Origin: an uncultured Lichenicoccus sp.
GTDB taxonomy: Bacteria > Pseudomonadota > Alphaproteobacteria > Acetobacterales > Acetobacteraceae
DNA: 64,000 nt
Assembly: GCA_963693035.2 (NCBI GenBank)
Contig: CAXMMQ010000001.1
Location: forward strand, 2,457-66,456
Direction: 5' to 3'
The notes beneath the pieces are model-generated. The model ran no database searches, had not been told where the DNA came from, and was given only the letters and a program-made list of their open reading frames with translations. The translations under genes and the position numbers were made by a program. Every line of letters begins with the position of its first letter. The first letter of the stretch is position 1. This document shows positions 31,504 to 40,493 of this stretch, piece by piece.

Positions 31504-31818
31504 ATGGGCTTGACAGGAACCACGCGCGAGCAGCGGCTCCGGGCAGTGATCGAGCAGCGTTTCCAGCCGCGAACGCTGGTGATCGAGGACCAGAGCGCAC
31601 GCCATGCCGGGCATGCGGGCGTACGGGAAGCAGGGGTGCGGGAGGGCGGAGGCGGGGGCGAGACGCACTACGCGTTGCTGCTGGTCAGCGCGAAATTCGA
31701 AGGCGTCAGCCGGGTGCAGCGCTCGCGCCTGGTGCACGAGGCGCTGGAGGCGGAGTTCAGCAGCGGACTGCACGCGCTGTCGCTGACCCTGAGGAGCCCG
31801 CGGGAAGCGGACAAGTGA
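31504..31818 (+). CDS. bolA: BolA family protein
   Basis: EDQSARHAGH, ETHYALLLVS..F.G.SRVQRSR and GLHALSL. Three consecutive ATGs make the start ambiguous. Confidence 0.92.
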   Translation: MGLTGTTREQRLRAVIEQRFQPRTLVIEDQSARHAGHAGVREAGVREGGGGGETHYALLLVSAKFEGVSRVQRSRLVHEALEAEFSSGLHALSLTLRSPREADK

Positions 31819-31821
31819 GCG

Positions 31822-32841
31822 TCAGGGCCGGATCAGCAGCTTGCCGAAATTGCGGCCTTCCAGCATGCCGATGAAGGCGTCGGGCGCATTCGCAAGTCCG
31901 TCGACGATGTCCTCTCGCGTGCGCACGTCGCCGTTCCTCACCCAGGCCGACATCTCGGTCTGGAACGCGTCATAGCGGTCGATGAAGTCGTGGTTGATGA
32001 AGCCCTGGACGGTCAGGCTGCGGCGCAGGATCGCGCCAAGCAGCGCCGGCACCCGGTCCGGGCCATGCGCGTCTGCGCCGGCGCCGTTATACGTCGCGAC
32101 CACGCCGCAGACCGGCACCCGCGCGAAGCGGTTGAGCAGCGGGAAGGCGGCGTCGAACACCGCGCCGCCGACGTTCTCGAAATAGACGTCGATGCCGTCC
32201 GGGCAGGCGTCGGCCAGCCTGGCCGGGAAGTCCGGCGCGCGGTGGTCGATGGCGGCGTCGAAGCCGAACTCCTCGATCAGCGCCGCGCATTTGCGGGCGC
32301 CGCCGGCGATGCCGACGCTGCGCGCGCCACGCAGCCTGGCAACCTGGCCGACGGTGGCGCCGACCGGACCGGTCGCGGCCGCCACCACCAGCGTCTCGCC
32401 GGGCTTCGGCCGGCCGATCCGGTCGAGGCCGACCCAGCCGCTGAAGCCCGGCATGCCGAGCACCCCGAGTGCGTTGCTGACCGGGGCCAGCGACGCATCG
32501 ATCCGGTGCAGCCGGTCCGCCGGCAGCACCGCATGCGACTGCCAGCCGGCATGGCAGCGCACGACGTCGCCCGGGGCAAAGCCCGCGATACTGCCCTGCA
32601 CGATCTCGGCGACCGTCTCGCCCACCATCACCTGGCCGATCTCCACCGGTGCTGCGTAGCTCTTCGCGGTGCTCATGCGGCCGCGCATGTACGGGTCGAG
32701 CGACAGGTACAGCACCCGCACCAGCACCTCGCCGGGGCCGGGCTGCGGGATCGGCATGGTCTCGATGCGGAAGTCCGCCGGCACCGGGGCACCGGACGGA
32801 CGTCGCGCCAGCACGATGCGGGTGGGGGCCTCGGCGCTCAC
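31822..32841 (-). CDS. NADP-dependent oxidoreductase (CurA/YncB, PTGR-like)
   Basis: YLSLDPYMRGRM, LGMPG, AATGPVG, YFENVGG and GRNFGKLL. Confidence 0.93.
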   Translation of the reverse strand: MSAEAPTRIVLARRPSGAPVPADFRIETMPIPQPGPGEVLVRVLYLSLDPYMRGRMSTAKSYAAPVEIGQVMVGETVAEIVQGSIAGFAPGDVVRCHAGWQSHAVLPADRLHRIDASLAPVSNALGVLGMPGFSGWVGLDRIGRPKPGETLVVAAATGPVGATVGQVARLRGARSVGIAGGARKCAALIEEFGFDAAIDHRAPDFPARLADACPDGIDVYFENVGGAVFDAAFPLLNRFARVPVCGVVATYNGAGADAHGPDRVPALLGAILRRSLTVQGFINHDFIDRYDAFQTEMSAWVRNGDVRTREDIVDGLANAPDAFIGMLEGRNFGKLLIRP

Positions 32842-33716
32842 GCCGGGCGCTCCTCTCCAGGTGGCGTCGGCGGTGGCGCCGCGGCCTGCGTCGCCGCCAT
32901 CGCGACTGCCACCTGGCGCGCCATGCTGTCTGCCATCGAGGTGGGAAGCAGGATGGTGGCGCCGCGATCCTTGTTCATCTCGTAGATGCGGTTGATCTGC
33001 AGGATCTGCAGCGCCGTCGGCGAGCGGTCGTAGGTGCGCGCAGCCTCCTCGAGCTCGGTTGCGACCTCGCGCTCGGCGGCGGCCAGCGTCACCCGCGCCA
33101 TCCGTTCGCGACCGGCCTGCGCCTGGCGGCTCATCGCATCCTGCAGGCTGCGCGGCAGCATCACGTCACGGATCTCCACACCCTGCACGGTGATGCCCCA
33201 GTCGCCGATCTTCGCCGCGATGCTGTCGCGCAGCACGGTGTCGATATGCTTGCGGTCCTCCAGCAGGGTGGCGAGGTCGGTGGCGCCAATCATTTCGCGC
33301 AGGCTGGTCTGCGCCACCAGCGACACCGAGCCAACATAGTCCATCAGCACGGTGATCGCGCGCTCCGGATCGGCCACCTTCCAGAACACGATCGCATCCA
33401 CATCCACCGGCGTGGTGTCGCGCGTCAGCGTCTGCTCGGTGGCGATCGGCGTGGTCTGGATGCGCAGATCGACCATGCCGGCGACACTGTCCACCACCGG
33501 GATGATCATGAACAGGCCGGGGCCGCGGGCACCCTGAAGCTTGCCGGCGCGCAGCACGACCGCGCGTTCCCACTGGCGCGCCATGCGCAGGCTGGACGGC
33601 GTCAGAAAAGCGGTCAGCGCCAGCAAGCCAGCGAGGACCGGCTGGTGCAGCAGCGCAAAGCTGGCGGCCGCGGCGGCCAGCAGGACGACCGCGATGCCAG
33701 TCGCAATCGGGTTCAC
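32838..33716 (-). CDS. SPFH/stomatin-like (slipin) protein
   Basis: WERAVVLRAG, VDLRIQT, TLTRDTTPVDVDAIV, QTSLREMIG and WGITVQGVEIRDV. Start 33716 or 33728. Confidence 0.9.
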   Translation of the reverse strand: MNPIATGIAVVLLAAAAASFALLHQPVLAGLLALTAFLTPSSLRMARQWERAVVLRAGKLQGARGPGLFMIIPVVDSVAGMVDLRIQTTPIATEQTLTRDTTPVDVDAIVFWKVADPERAITVLMDYVGSVSLVAQTSLREMIGATDLATLLEDRKHIDTVLRDSIAAKIGDWGITVQGVEIRDVMLPRSLQDAMSRQAQAGRERMARVTLAAAEREVATELEEAARTYDRSPTALQILQINRIYEMNKDRGATILLPTSMADSMARQVAVAMAATQAAAPPPTPPGEERPA

Positions 33717-33757
33717 GCTGGTCCGCACCCGCGCCCGGGACCGGTCGCGACCTGTCC

Positions 33758-34375
33758 CTAGCTGCCGCCGAAGCCGAGAAAGCCGATCTCGGGCCTCGCG
33801 GTGCCGCCGTTCTCGGCGAGGCGGTGGGCGCGCAAATCGGCCGCTTCCTGCAGCGGTGAACGGCGGCGCGCGGCGCTGGCCTCGACCGCCACGCCGCCGG
33901 CATTGCCGCCCTGCGCCGAGGCGATCTGGGTGCCGCCATCGGCGCCTTCGGTGCCGCGCATCGACAGCAGCACGAAGGTGATGTCGTTGCGGTTGAGGTC
34001 GATCGCCATGTCGAGCGGCTTCTGGCCCAGGATGTTGACCGCCTGCAGGTCGGCGCCGCGTGACAGCGCATCCTTGGCGGCGGTGAGGTCGCCGCGGTTG
34101 ATCGCGTCGAACAGGGCGGCATTCGGGTTGACGTCGAGCGCCGCGTGCCCGCGCGGCGCCGCCTCGTCGCTCGGCACCGCGCCCGGCAGCGCGGGCGGGG
34201 GTGCCGCGGCCGCAGCAGCCGCCTTGGCCTCCTCGGCGGCGGCCTCGTCACCGCCGCCGCCGCCGCCGCCGCTGCCGACGCTCATCTGCGCGTGCGCCGC
34301 CAGCGGCAGCATGCCGAGGCAGGCCAGGGCGCCAACGAGCAGCAGCGGACGGGTCAGGCGGGTCTGGCGCATCAT
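33758..34375 (-). CDS. Secreted ankyrin-repeat protein
   Basis: Signal peptide ending AHA; poly-Gly/Ala-Pro linker; ALFDAINRGD..GADLQAVNILGQKPLDMAI. Confidence 0.75.
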   Translation of the reverse strand: MMRQTRLTRPLLLVGALACLGMLPLAAHAQMSVGSGGGGGGGDEAAAEEAKAAAAAAAPPPALPGAVPSDEAAPRGHAALDVNPNAALFDAINRGDLTAAKDALSRGADLQAVNILGQKPLDMAIDLNRNDITFVLLSMRGTEGADGGTQIASAQGGNAGGVAVEASAARRRSPLQEAADLRAHRLAENGGTARPEIGFLGFGGS

Positions 34376-34620
34376 GGGCATTCCGGTGGCTCGGATCGAG
34401 ATCCTGGCGGGTGCCCGCTGGTGCGGGCTTCCGGCGGGCGCTCGCGTCGGATCCAGTAAAAGTGGCTGCCGGACAGTGCAACCGAACCGCTTCGACCGCA
34501 ACCCTCGCACGCCGCCCTCAAAAACAAGACCGGCTGCGTGGTTGCCTGTCGCGATCGCCCGCGTCGATACTCGGCGACCCACCCGCCTCGCCGCTCCGAT
34601 CACGACAGAAGGCCGATGCC

Positions 34621-35787
34621 TTGCCGCCAGATAATGCGACGAACATCGGGGCGATCGACCGTCTCGGACGGCACGAACTGCCCGCTCTGACCTCGATTCG
34701 CGGGCTGCTGGCCTGGTGGGTGGTGCTGTTCCATTTCGCGCCGACCGCGCCGTTCCATCTCGACCCGCATGCTCCGTTCATCGCCAAGGGCATCGTCGCG
34801 GTCGATGGCTTCTTCGTGCTGTCCGGCTTCGTGCTCTGCCATGTCCATCCGGTGATCATCGACCGCGACCGCCCCTACGGCACGGCCGACTTCCTGGTCA
34901 GCCGGCTTGCCCGCATCTACCCGCTGCACCTCGCGATGCTGGCCGCCTTCGTCCTTGTGGTGGCGGCCTTCAGGCTGACCCATCCGCATCAGTCCGGCGC
35001 CGGCGTGCCGTTCTCCGCCGATCGGTTGCCGGGCCTGCTGCGGCAATTGGCGTTGCTGCATGGCTGGTTCCGCTGGGGCCGCGAGGCCGCCTGGAACGTG
35101 CCCTCCTGGTCGATCAGCAGCGAGTTCGCCGCCTACCTGCTGGCGCCGTTGCTGTTCCTCTCGCTGTCGCGCCTGCATCCGGTGCGGGCCTGGGCCGCAG
35201 CCGGGCTGCTTGCCGCCGTCATCTTCTGCCTGGCGGAGGCGCACCTGCTGTTCAGAGGCACCATGGTGCTGCCGCGGGTGCTGCTGGAGTTCTGTCTCGG
35301 CGCGCTGCTGCGGACGGCGCTCCGCCATGGCCATGCGGGGCTCGACCGCTCCCGAGATTTGGGCCTGGTCGCGGGATGGCTGGCGGCGGTGGGTTTCGCC
35401 TTTACCAGCCAGGTCGCACTGTTCCTGGCTGCGATCGTTTGGCTGCTGCTGCTGCTGTCGCTGCGGACCCGCCGCGCCACCGGCGCCCTGGGACGGATCG
35501 AGCGTGTGTGCCTCTATCTCGGGGAGACCTCGTTTGCCGTCTACATGTGCCACGCCTTCATCCTGATGCTGTGGGGACCGGAGATCTCGAACCGGCTCGC
35601 CCTGTTCCGGCATCCGGTCCCGGCGGCGCTTTGCCTGTTCGTGGTGATCCAGGGGTGCGCCAGTCTGCTGCATCATCTGGTCGAGGTGCCGGCGCAACGC
35701 GGCATGCGCCAGCGGTTCCGGGCCTGGACCCAGGCCCGTGCGCTGCGCGACAGTCCGGCCGCAGAGGCGGTGCAGCGCCCCGCATGA
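34621..35787 (+). CDS. Acyltransferase family 3 (OafA-like) membrane O-acyltransferase
   Basis: LTSIRGLLAWWVVLFH, AVDGFFVLSGF, RLARIYPLH, WSISSEFAAY and LGETSFAVYMCH. Start approximate. Confidence 0.9.
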   Translation: MPPDNATNIGAIDRLGRHELPALTSIRGLLAWWVVLFHFAPTAPFHLDPHAPFIAKGIVAVDGFFVLSGFVLCHVHPVIIDRDRPYGTADFLVSRLARIYPLHLAMLAAFVLVVAAFRLTHPHQSGAGVPFSADRLPGLLRQLALLHGWFRWGREAAWNVPSWSISSEFAAYLLAPLLFLSLSRLHPVRAWAAAGLLAAVIFCLAEAHLLFRGTMVLPRVLLEFCLGALLRTALRHGHAGLDRSRDLGLVAGWLAAVGFAFTSQVALFLAAIVWLLLLLSLRTRRATGALGRIERVCLYLGETSFAVYMCHAFILMLWGPEISNRLALFRHPVPAALCLFVVIQGCASLLHHLVEVPAQRGMRQRFRAWTQARALRDSPAAEAVQRPA

Positions 35788-36453
35788 GGCCGGCATACGA
35801 ACCCGGCAACCCGCCGCATCCGGTCCTCGACGAAGCCTGGCTGCGCCGGCGCCTGACCGACCTGCCGCCGGCGGACATGCCCGGGTGGGACACGCTGCTG
35901 CGGCGCAGCCCGGGCGACGCGCCCCCGCATAGCCGCCTGCCGCGCCACGCGGCGGTGCTGGTGCCGATCGTGCCGGCGCCGGAGCCGGTGGTGCTGCTGA
36001 CGCGTCGCTCGGCGCTGCTGCGCAGCCATTCCGGGCAGGTGAGCTTCCCCGGCGGCGGTCTCGATGCGGTTGACCGCACTCCCGCCGAGACCGCGCTGCG
36101 CGAGGCGCAGGGAGGAGATCGGCCTGGATCCCGCAACCGTCAGCCTGCTCGGCCGGCTGCCGGTGCAATGGACGCATGCGAGCAACTTCCTGATCACCCC
36201 GGTGGTGGGCGTGCTGTCGGCGGAGGCGCGATGGTTGGCGTCGCCCGCCGAAGTCGACATCATCTTCGGCATGCCCCTGCAGCAGTTGCTGGACCCGGAC
36301 GCGCCGCGGCTGATCGAGGGCGGGCTGCGACACGGCTCCTGGTCATGGCCGCATCCCGACCATGATATCTGGGGCGCGACCGCGGCGATCCTGCTCAGGC
36401 TCGCGCGGCTGTTGCGTGGCTCCGAGAGACCGTATGAGAGTGCGCTGGGGTGA
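35784..36453 (+). pseudogene. Nudix CoA pyrophosphatase (NudL-like) with one +1 frameshift
   Basis: AAVLVP, LLTRRS..HSGQVSFPGG and TALREAQ continue as EEIGL..IWGATAAIL in another frame. Extra G at GGG 36110-36112, inside the Nudix box. Confidence 0.85.
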
Positions 36454-36570
36454 GCCAGAGGCGCATCTTGGCGCCGCCCGGCGTGACTTTCCGAGCACCG
36501 GAGCCGGGGTAAGCGGGCCGGCAGACCACCCTAGTAGCATTATCAGACGGTCTCCAGGGAGGTGGTGGTT

Positions 36571-37902
36571 GTGGTGGATCCGGACCGGCGGCGTCGGCAG
36601 TTCTCGCAGGCGATGTCGGCGATGTACCGACGCGAGGTGCCGCGCTACGGCGAGCTGGTCGAGCTGGTCTCGACGATCAACGCCCGGGTGCTGGACGCCG
36701 ACCCGGCACTGGCCGCGTCGTTCGACGAGGACGAGCGCGCCCGGCTCGACCAGGAGCGGCACGGTGCGATCCGGGTCGGCACGCCGGCGGAACTCGGACT
36801 GTTGCGGCGGCTGTTCGCGGTGCTCGGCATGGTCCCGGTCGGCTATTACGATCTCGCAGCCGCCGGGGTGCCGGTGCATTCGACCGCATTCCGGGCGATT
36901 GATCCGGCATCGCTGGCACGCAGCCCGTTCCGGGTGTTCACCTCGCTGCTGCGCCTGGAGCTGATCGCGGATGCGGACCTGCGCGAGACCGCCCGGGTGA
37001 TCCTGGCGCGGCGCCGGATCGTGACCCCGGGGGCGCTGGCGCTGATCGAGCGGTTCGAGCACGAGGGCGCCCTGGATGCGGCGGCCTCCGAGGCGTTCAT
37101 CCGCGAGGCGCTGGAGACCTTCCGCTGGCAGGCGGACGCCACCGTCGATGCCGCGACCTACGCCGCGCTGCGCCAGGCGCACCCGCTGGTCGCCGACGTG
37201 GTCTGTTTCAGCGGCCCGCATATCAACCACCTGACGCCGCGCGTGCTCGATATCGACGCGGCGCAGGCGGCAATGCTCGAGCGCGGGCTGCCGGCCAAGG
37301 AGCAGATCGAGGGGCCGCCGACGCGGCGATGCCCGGTCCTGCTGCGACAGACCAGCTTCAAGGCACTGACCGAGCCGGTGCGCTTCAACGGCAGCGCGGG
37401 CCTACATACCGCCCGCTTCGGGGAGATCGAGCAGCGCGGGGTGGCGCTGACCGAGACCGGGCGAGCGGCCTACGATGCGTGGCTGGCCTCTGATAAACAC
37501 AACACAATCAGCCAATTGCCGGATGATCATGCCGCATTACGTGAACATGGCCTGGCCTTCTATCGCTACCGGAAGACGGATCGTCCGGCGGCACCGGGCG
37601 CGGACCTTCCAACCGCCCTGGCGCAGGGCGCCATGGTGGCCGAGCCGATCCTGTACGAGGATTTCCTGCCGGTCAGCGCCGCCGGCATCTTCCGGTCGAA
37701 CCTGGGCGACAGCGCCCGGGAGGGCATGAAGCCGGCGCCGCGCCGTGCTGCTTTGGAAGCGGCGCTCGGCTGCGCGATCCTGGACGAGGTGGCGCTCTAC
37801 CGGCAGCAGTCCGATGCCTCCGCGGCAACCTGCCTGGATCAGGGCGCGCCGCCATCGATGTCGAACTTCACTCCCTGCGCCAGCGGCATCGTCAAGCCGT
37901 AG
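36571..37902 (+). CDS. hglS: 2-oxoadipate dioxygenase/decarboxylase HglS (YdcJ, DUF1338)
   Basis: FSQAMSAMYRREVPRY, ERHGAIRVG, HSTAFR, GPHINHLTPR and YEDFLPVSAAGIFRSNL. RBS GGGAGG 8 nt before the GTG. Confidence 0.88.
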   Translation: MVDPDRRRRQFSQAMSAMYRREVPRYGELVELVSTINARVLDADPALAASFDEDERARLDQERHGAIRVGTPAELGLLRRLFAVLGMVPVGYYDLAAAGVPVHSTAFRAIDPASLARSPFRVFTSLLRLELIADADLRETARVILARRRIVTPGALALIERFEHEGALDAAASEAFIREALETFRWQADATVDAATYAALRQAHPLVADVVCFSGPHINHLTPRVLDIDAAQAAMLERGLPAKEQIEGPPTRRCPVLLRQTSFKALTEPVRFNGSAGLHTARFGEIEQRGVALTETGRAAYDAWLASDKHNTISQLPDDHAALREHGLAFYRYRKTDRPAAPGADLPTALAQGAMVAEPILYEDFLPVSAAGIFRSNLGDSAREGMKPAPRRAALEAALGCAILDEVALYRQQSDASAATCLDQGAPPSMSNFTPCASGIVKP

Positions 37903-39380
37903 TTGATCGCGCTGGTGCTGCGCCGCATGTAGGCCTTCCAGGAGTCCGAGCCCGACTCGCGACCGCCGCCGGTCTCCTTTTCGCCGCCGAAAGCGCCGCC
38001 GATCTCGGCACCCGATGGCCCCATGTTGACGTTGGCGATGCCGCAGTCGGATCCGACGGCGGACAGGAACAGCTCGCTCTCGCGCAGGTCGCGGGTGAAG
38101 ATGGAGGATGACAGCCCCTGCGGCACGCCGTTCTGCAGCGCCAGCGCCTGCTCGAAATCGTTGTATATCAGCACATACAGGATCGGCGCAAAGGTCTCCT
38201 CGACCACCGGGCCGGCCTGTTCGGGCATCAGCACCAGCGCCGGGCGCACGTAGTACGCGTCCTCGCAGCCCTCGACCGGATGACGCTCGCCGCCATAGAC
38301 GGTGCCACCCGCCTTGCGCGCCCGCTTCAGCGCCGCCTGCATCCCCTTGTAGGCGGCATGGTCGATCAGTGGCCCGACCAGCGCCTCGTCCACCAGCGGA
38401 TTGCCGACGCTGACCTGCTCGTAGACCGAGCGCAGCCGGGCGATGAAGGAGCCGTGGATGCTCTCATGCACGATCAGCCGCCGCAGCGTGGTGCAGCGCT
38501 GGCCCGCCGTGCCCATCGCGGCGAACGCCACTGCGCGCAACGCCAGCTCCTGGTCCGCCGACGGGCAGACGATCGAGGCGTTGTTGCCGCCGAGTTCAAG
38601 GATGGCGCGGCCGAAGCGCTCGGCCACCGCCCGGCCGACGATGCGGCCCATTGCGGTCGAGCCGGTCGCCGACAGCACCGGCACCCGGCGATCCTCCACC
38701 AGGGCGCTGCCGGCCTCGCGGTCGCCGAGCACCAGGCCGCACAGGCCTGGCGGGGTCTCGCCGAACCGCGCCGCCGCGCGCTCGAACAGAGCGATGGTGG
38801 CCAGCGCCACCAGCGGCGTCTTTTCGGACGGCTTCCAGACCACGGCGTTGCCGCAGACCAGGGCGAGGGCGGCGTTCCACGCCCACACCGCGACCGGGAA
38901 GTTGAACGCCGAGATCACACCGACCACGCCCGCCGGATGCCACTGCTCCATCATCCGGTGCTCTGGGCGCTCGCTGGTGATGGTCAGGCCATAGAGCTGC
39001 CGCGACAGTCCCACCGCGAAGTCGCAGATATCGATCATCTCCTGGACCTCGCCGGCACCCTCGGACGGGATCTTGCCGGCCTCGATCGAGACCAGCCGCC
39101 CGAGCGCGTCCTTGGCCGCGCGCAGCTCCTCACCGAACAGCCGCACCAGTTCGCCACGTCGCGGCGCCGGCACCCGGCGCCAGTGCAGGAACGCCTCGTG
39201 CGCCTCGCCGACCACGGCGCGCACGGCATCCGCATCGAGATGGTCGACATGCGCGATCACCTCGCCGGTCAGCGGCGAGCGCACCTTGTGGGCGCCTTTG
39301 GCAATTCGCGCGCGCGGCACATCCAGGGCAGCGAGGATCGCGCCGGTCTCGTAGGGCAGGTCCAGAGTCGCAGCGCTCAT
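37839..39380 (-). CDS. amaB: ALDH7 family aldehyde dehydrogenase (piperideine-6-carboxylate/aminoadipate semialdehyde dehydrogenase)
   Basis: SERPEHRMMEQWHP, SAFNFPVAVW, LELGGNN, GQRCTTLRR and GGRESGSDSWKAYMRR. Confidence 0.9.
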   Translation of the reverse strand: MSAATLDLPYETGAILAALDVPRARIAKGAHKVRSPLTGEVIAHVDHLDADAVRAVVGEAHEAFLHWRRVPAPRRGELVRLFGEELRAAKDALGRLVSIEAGKIPSEGAGEVQEMIDICDFAVGLSRQLYGLTITSERPEHRMMEQWHPAGVVGVISAFNFPVAVWAWNAALALVCGNAVVWKPSEKTPLVALATIALFERAAARFGETPPGLCGLVLGDREAGSALVEDRRVPVLSATGSTAMGRIVGRAVAERFGRAILELGGNNASIVCPSADQELALRAVAFAAMGTAGQRCTTLRRLIVHESIHGSFIARLRSVYEQVSVGNPLVDEALVGPLIDHAAYKGMQAALKRARKAGGTVYGGERHPVEGCEDAYYVRPALVLMPEQAGPVVEETFAPILYVLIYNDFEQALALQNGVPQGLSSSIFTRDLRESELFLSAVGSDCGIANVNMGPSGAEIGGAFGGEKETGGGRESGSDSWKAYMRRSTSAINYGLTMPLAQGVKFDIDGGAP

Positions 39381-39515
39381 CGGGTCTCTCGCCAGGTTGC
39401 GGGCGATGCATAGGCCGAGCCCGGGACGCGGGAAAGGCGGCCGGTTGACCCGGTTCACTTGCGCTGGAAGTTTCTGCGGATCCGTCACACGCTGGCTTGG
39501 CCGGGAGGCAGCTCC

Positions 39516-40487
39516 ATGCGTTATGTGGTCGGAGTGATCGTCGGTGTCGTGCTGCTTGCCGTCGCGGCGCTCGCGGGCATTGTCGCGCTCGACAGTCCGA
39601 CGCCGCCGCCGCCGCTGCTGAGCGTCAGCGCGCCGTTCGAGACGGTCGATTTCTCCGACCTGCCGCCGGTCCTGCACTACACCGCCCGAGACGGCGCCGA
39701 CCTCGCCTACCGCCGCTACGCAGGCGATGCGGATCGCTTGGTGGTCCTGATCCACGGCTCGGCTGGCTCCTCCAGCAGCATGCACGCCGTGGCCAAGGCA
39801 CTGGCGGCGGCGGGTGCCACCGTCATCGTCCCGGATGTCCGTGGCCACGGCCGCTCCGGCCCGCATGGCGACATCGGCTATATCGGCCAGCTCGAGAACG
39901 ATCTCGACGACCTGATGAGCAGCCTCGAACGCGCCCATCGCCCGCGCGAGACGACGCTGATCGGCTTCTCGTCCGGCGGTGGCTTTGCGCTCAGGGTCGC
40001 CGGCGGCCGTCTGGGTCAGCACTTCAGCCGCACCATCCTGCTGGCGCCATACCTGCGCCATGACGCCCCGAACACCCGGACCGGCACCGGTTCGGGCGGC
40101 TGGGTGTCGGTCGCGGTGCCGCGCATCGTGGCGCTCCTGCTGGTCAACCATCTTGGCGTCACCGCCTTCAATGGCCTGCCGGTGGTCGCCTTTGCGCTCG
40201 AGCCCGGCAACCCGCACCACCTCGTCGCGCACTACTCGTACCGGTTGCTGATGAATTTCCAGCCGGACGACGACTATCTCGGCGACCTGCGCCGCATCTC
40301 GCGGCCAGTGATGGCGCTGGAGGGCGCGGATGACGAGATCTTCCTGGCCGGCAAGCTGCAGGGCGCCCTGGCTGCCGGCCGGCCCGGAATACGGGTCGAC
40401 ATCGTGCCGGGCGTCAGGCATATCGGACTGATCACGAAGCCGGCCGGGACTGCCGCCATCGTCAGGGCATGGGCCAGCCGCTTCTGA
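39516..40487 (+). CDS. Membrane-anchored alpha/beta hydrolase
   Basis: N-terminal TM; IHGS, DVRGHGRSG and GFSSGG nucleophile elbow. Confidence 0.85.
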   Translation: MRYVVGVIVGVVLLAVAALAGIVALDSPTPPPPLLSVSAPFETVDFSDLPPVLHYTARDGADLAYRRYAGDADRLVVLIHGSAGSSSSMHAVAKALAAAGATVIVPDVRGHGRSGPHGDIGYIGQLENDLDDLMSSLERAHRPRETTLIGFSSGGGFALRVAGGRLGQHFSRTILLAPYLRHDAPNTRTGTGSGGWVSVAVPRIVALLLVNHLGVTAFNGLPVVAFALEPGNPHHLVAHYSYRLLMNFQPDDDYLGDLRRISRPVMALEGADDEIFLAGKLQGALAAGRPGIRVDIVPGVRHIGLITKPAGTAAIVRAWASRF

Positions 40488-40493
40488 GTGTGT

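Noticed and set aside
34247-34275. (GCC)n trinucleotide run
   Set aside because: Encodes a poly-Gly linker in the ankyrin protein; not a mobile or regulatory repeat.
37839-40421. 860-aa aldehyde dehydrogenase with a long N-terminal extension
   Set aside because: The extension is antisense to the hydrolase at 39516..40487; the real start is 39380.
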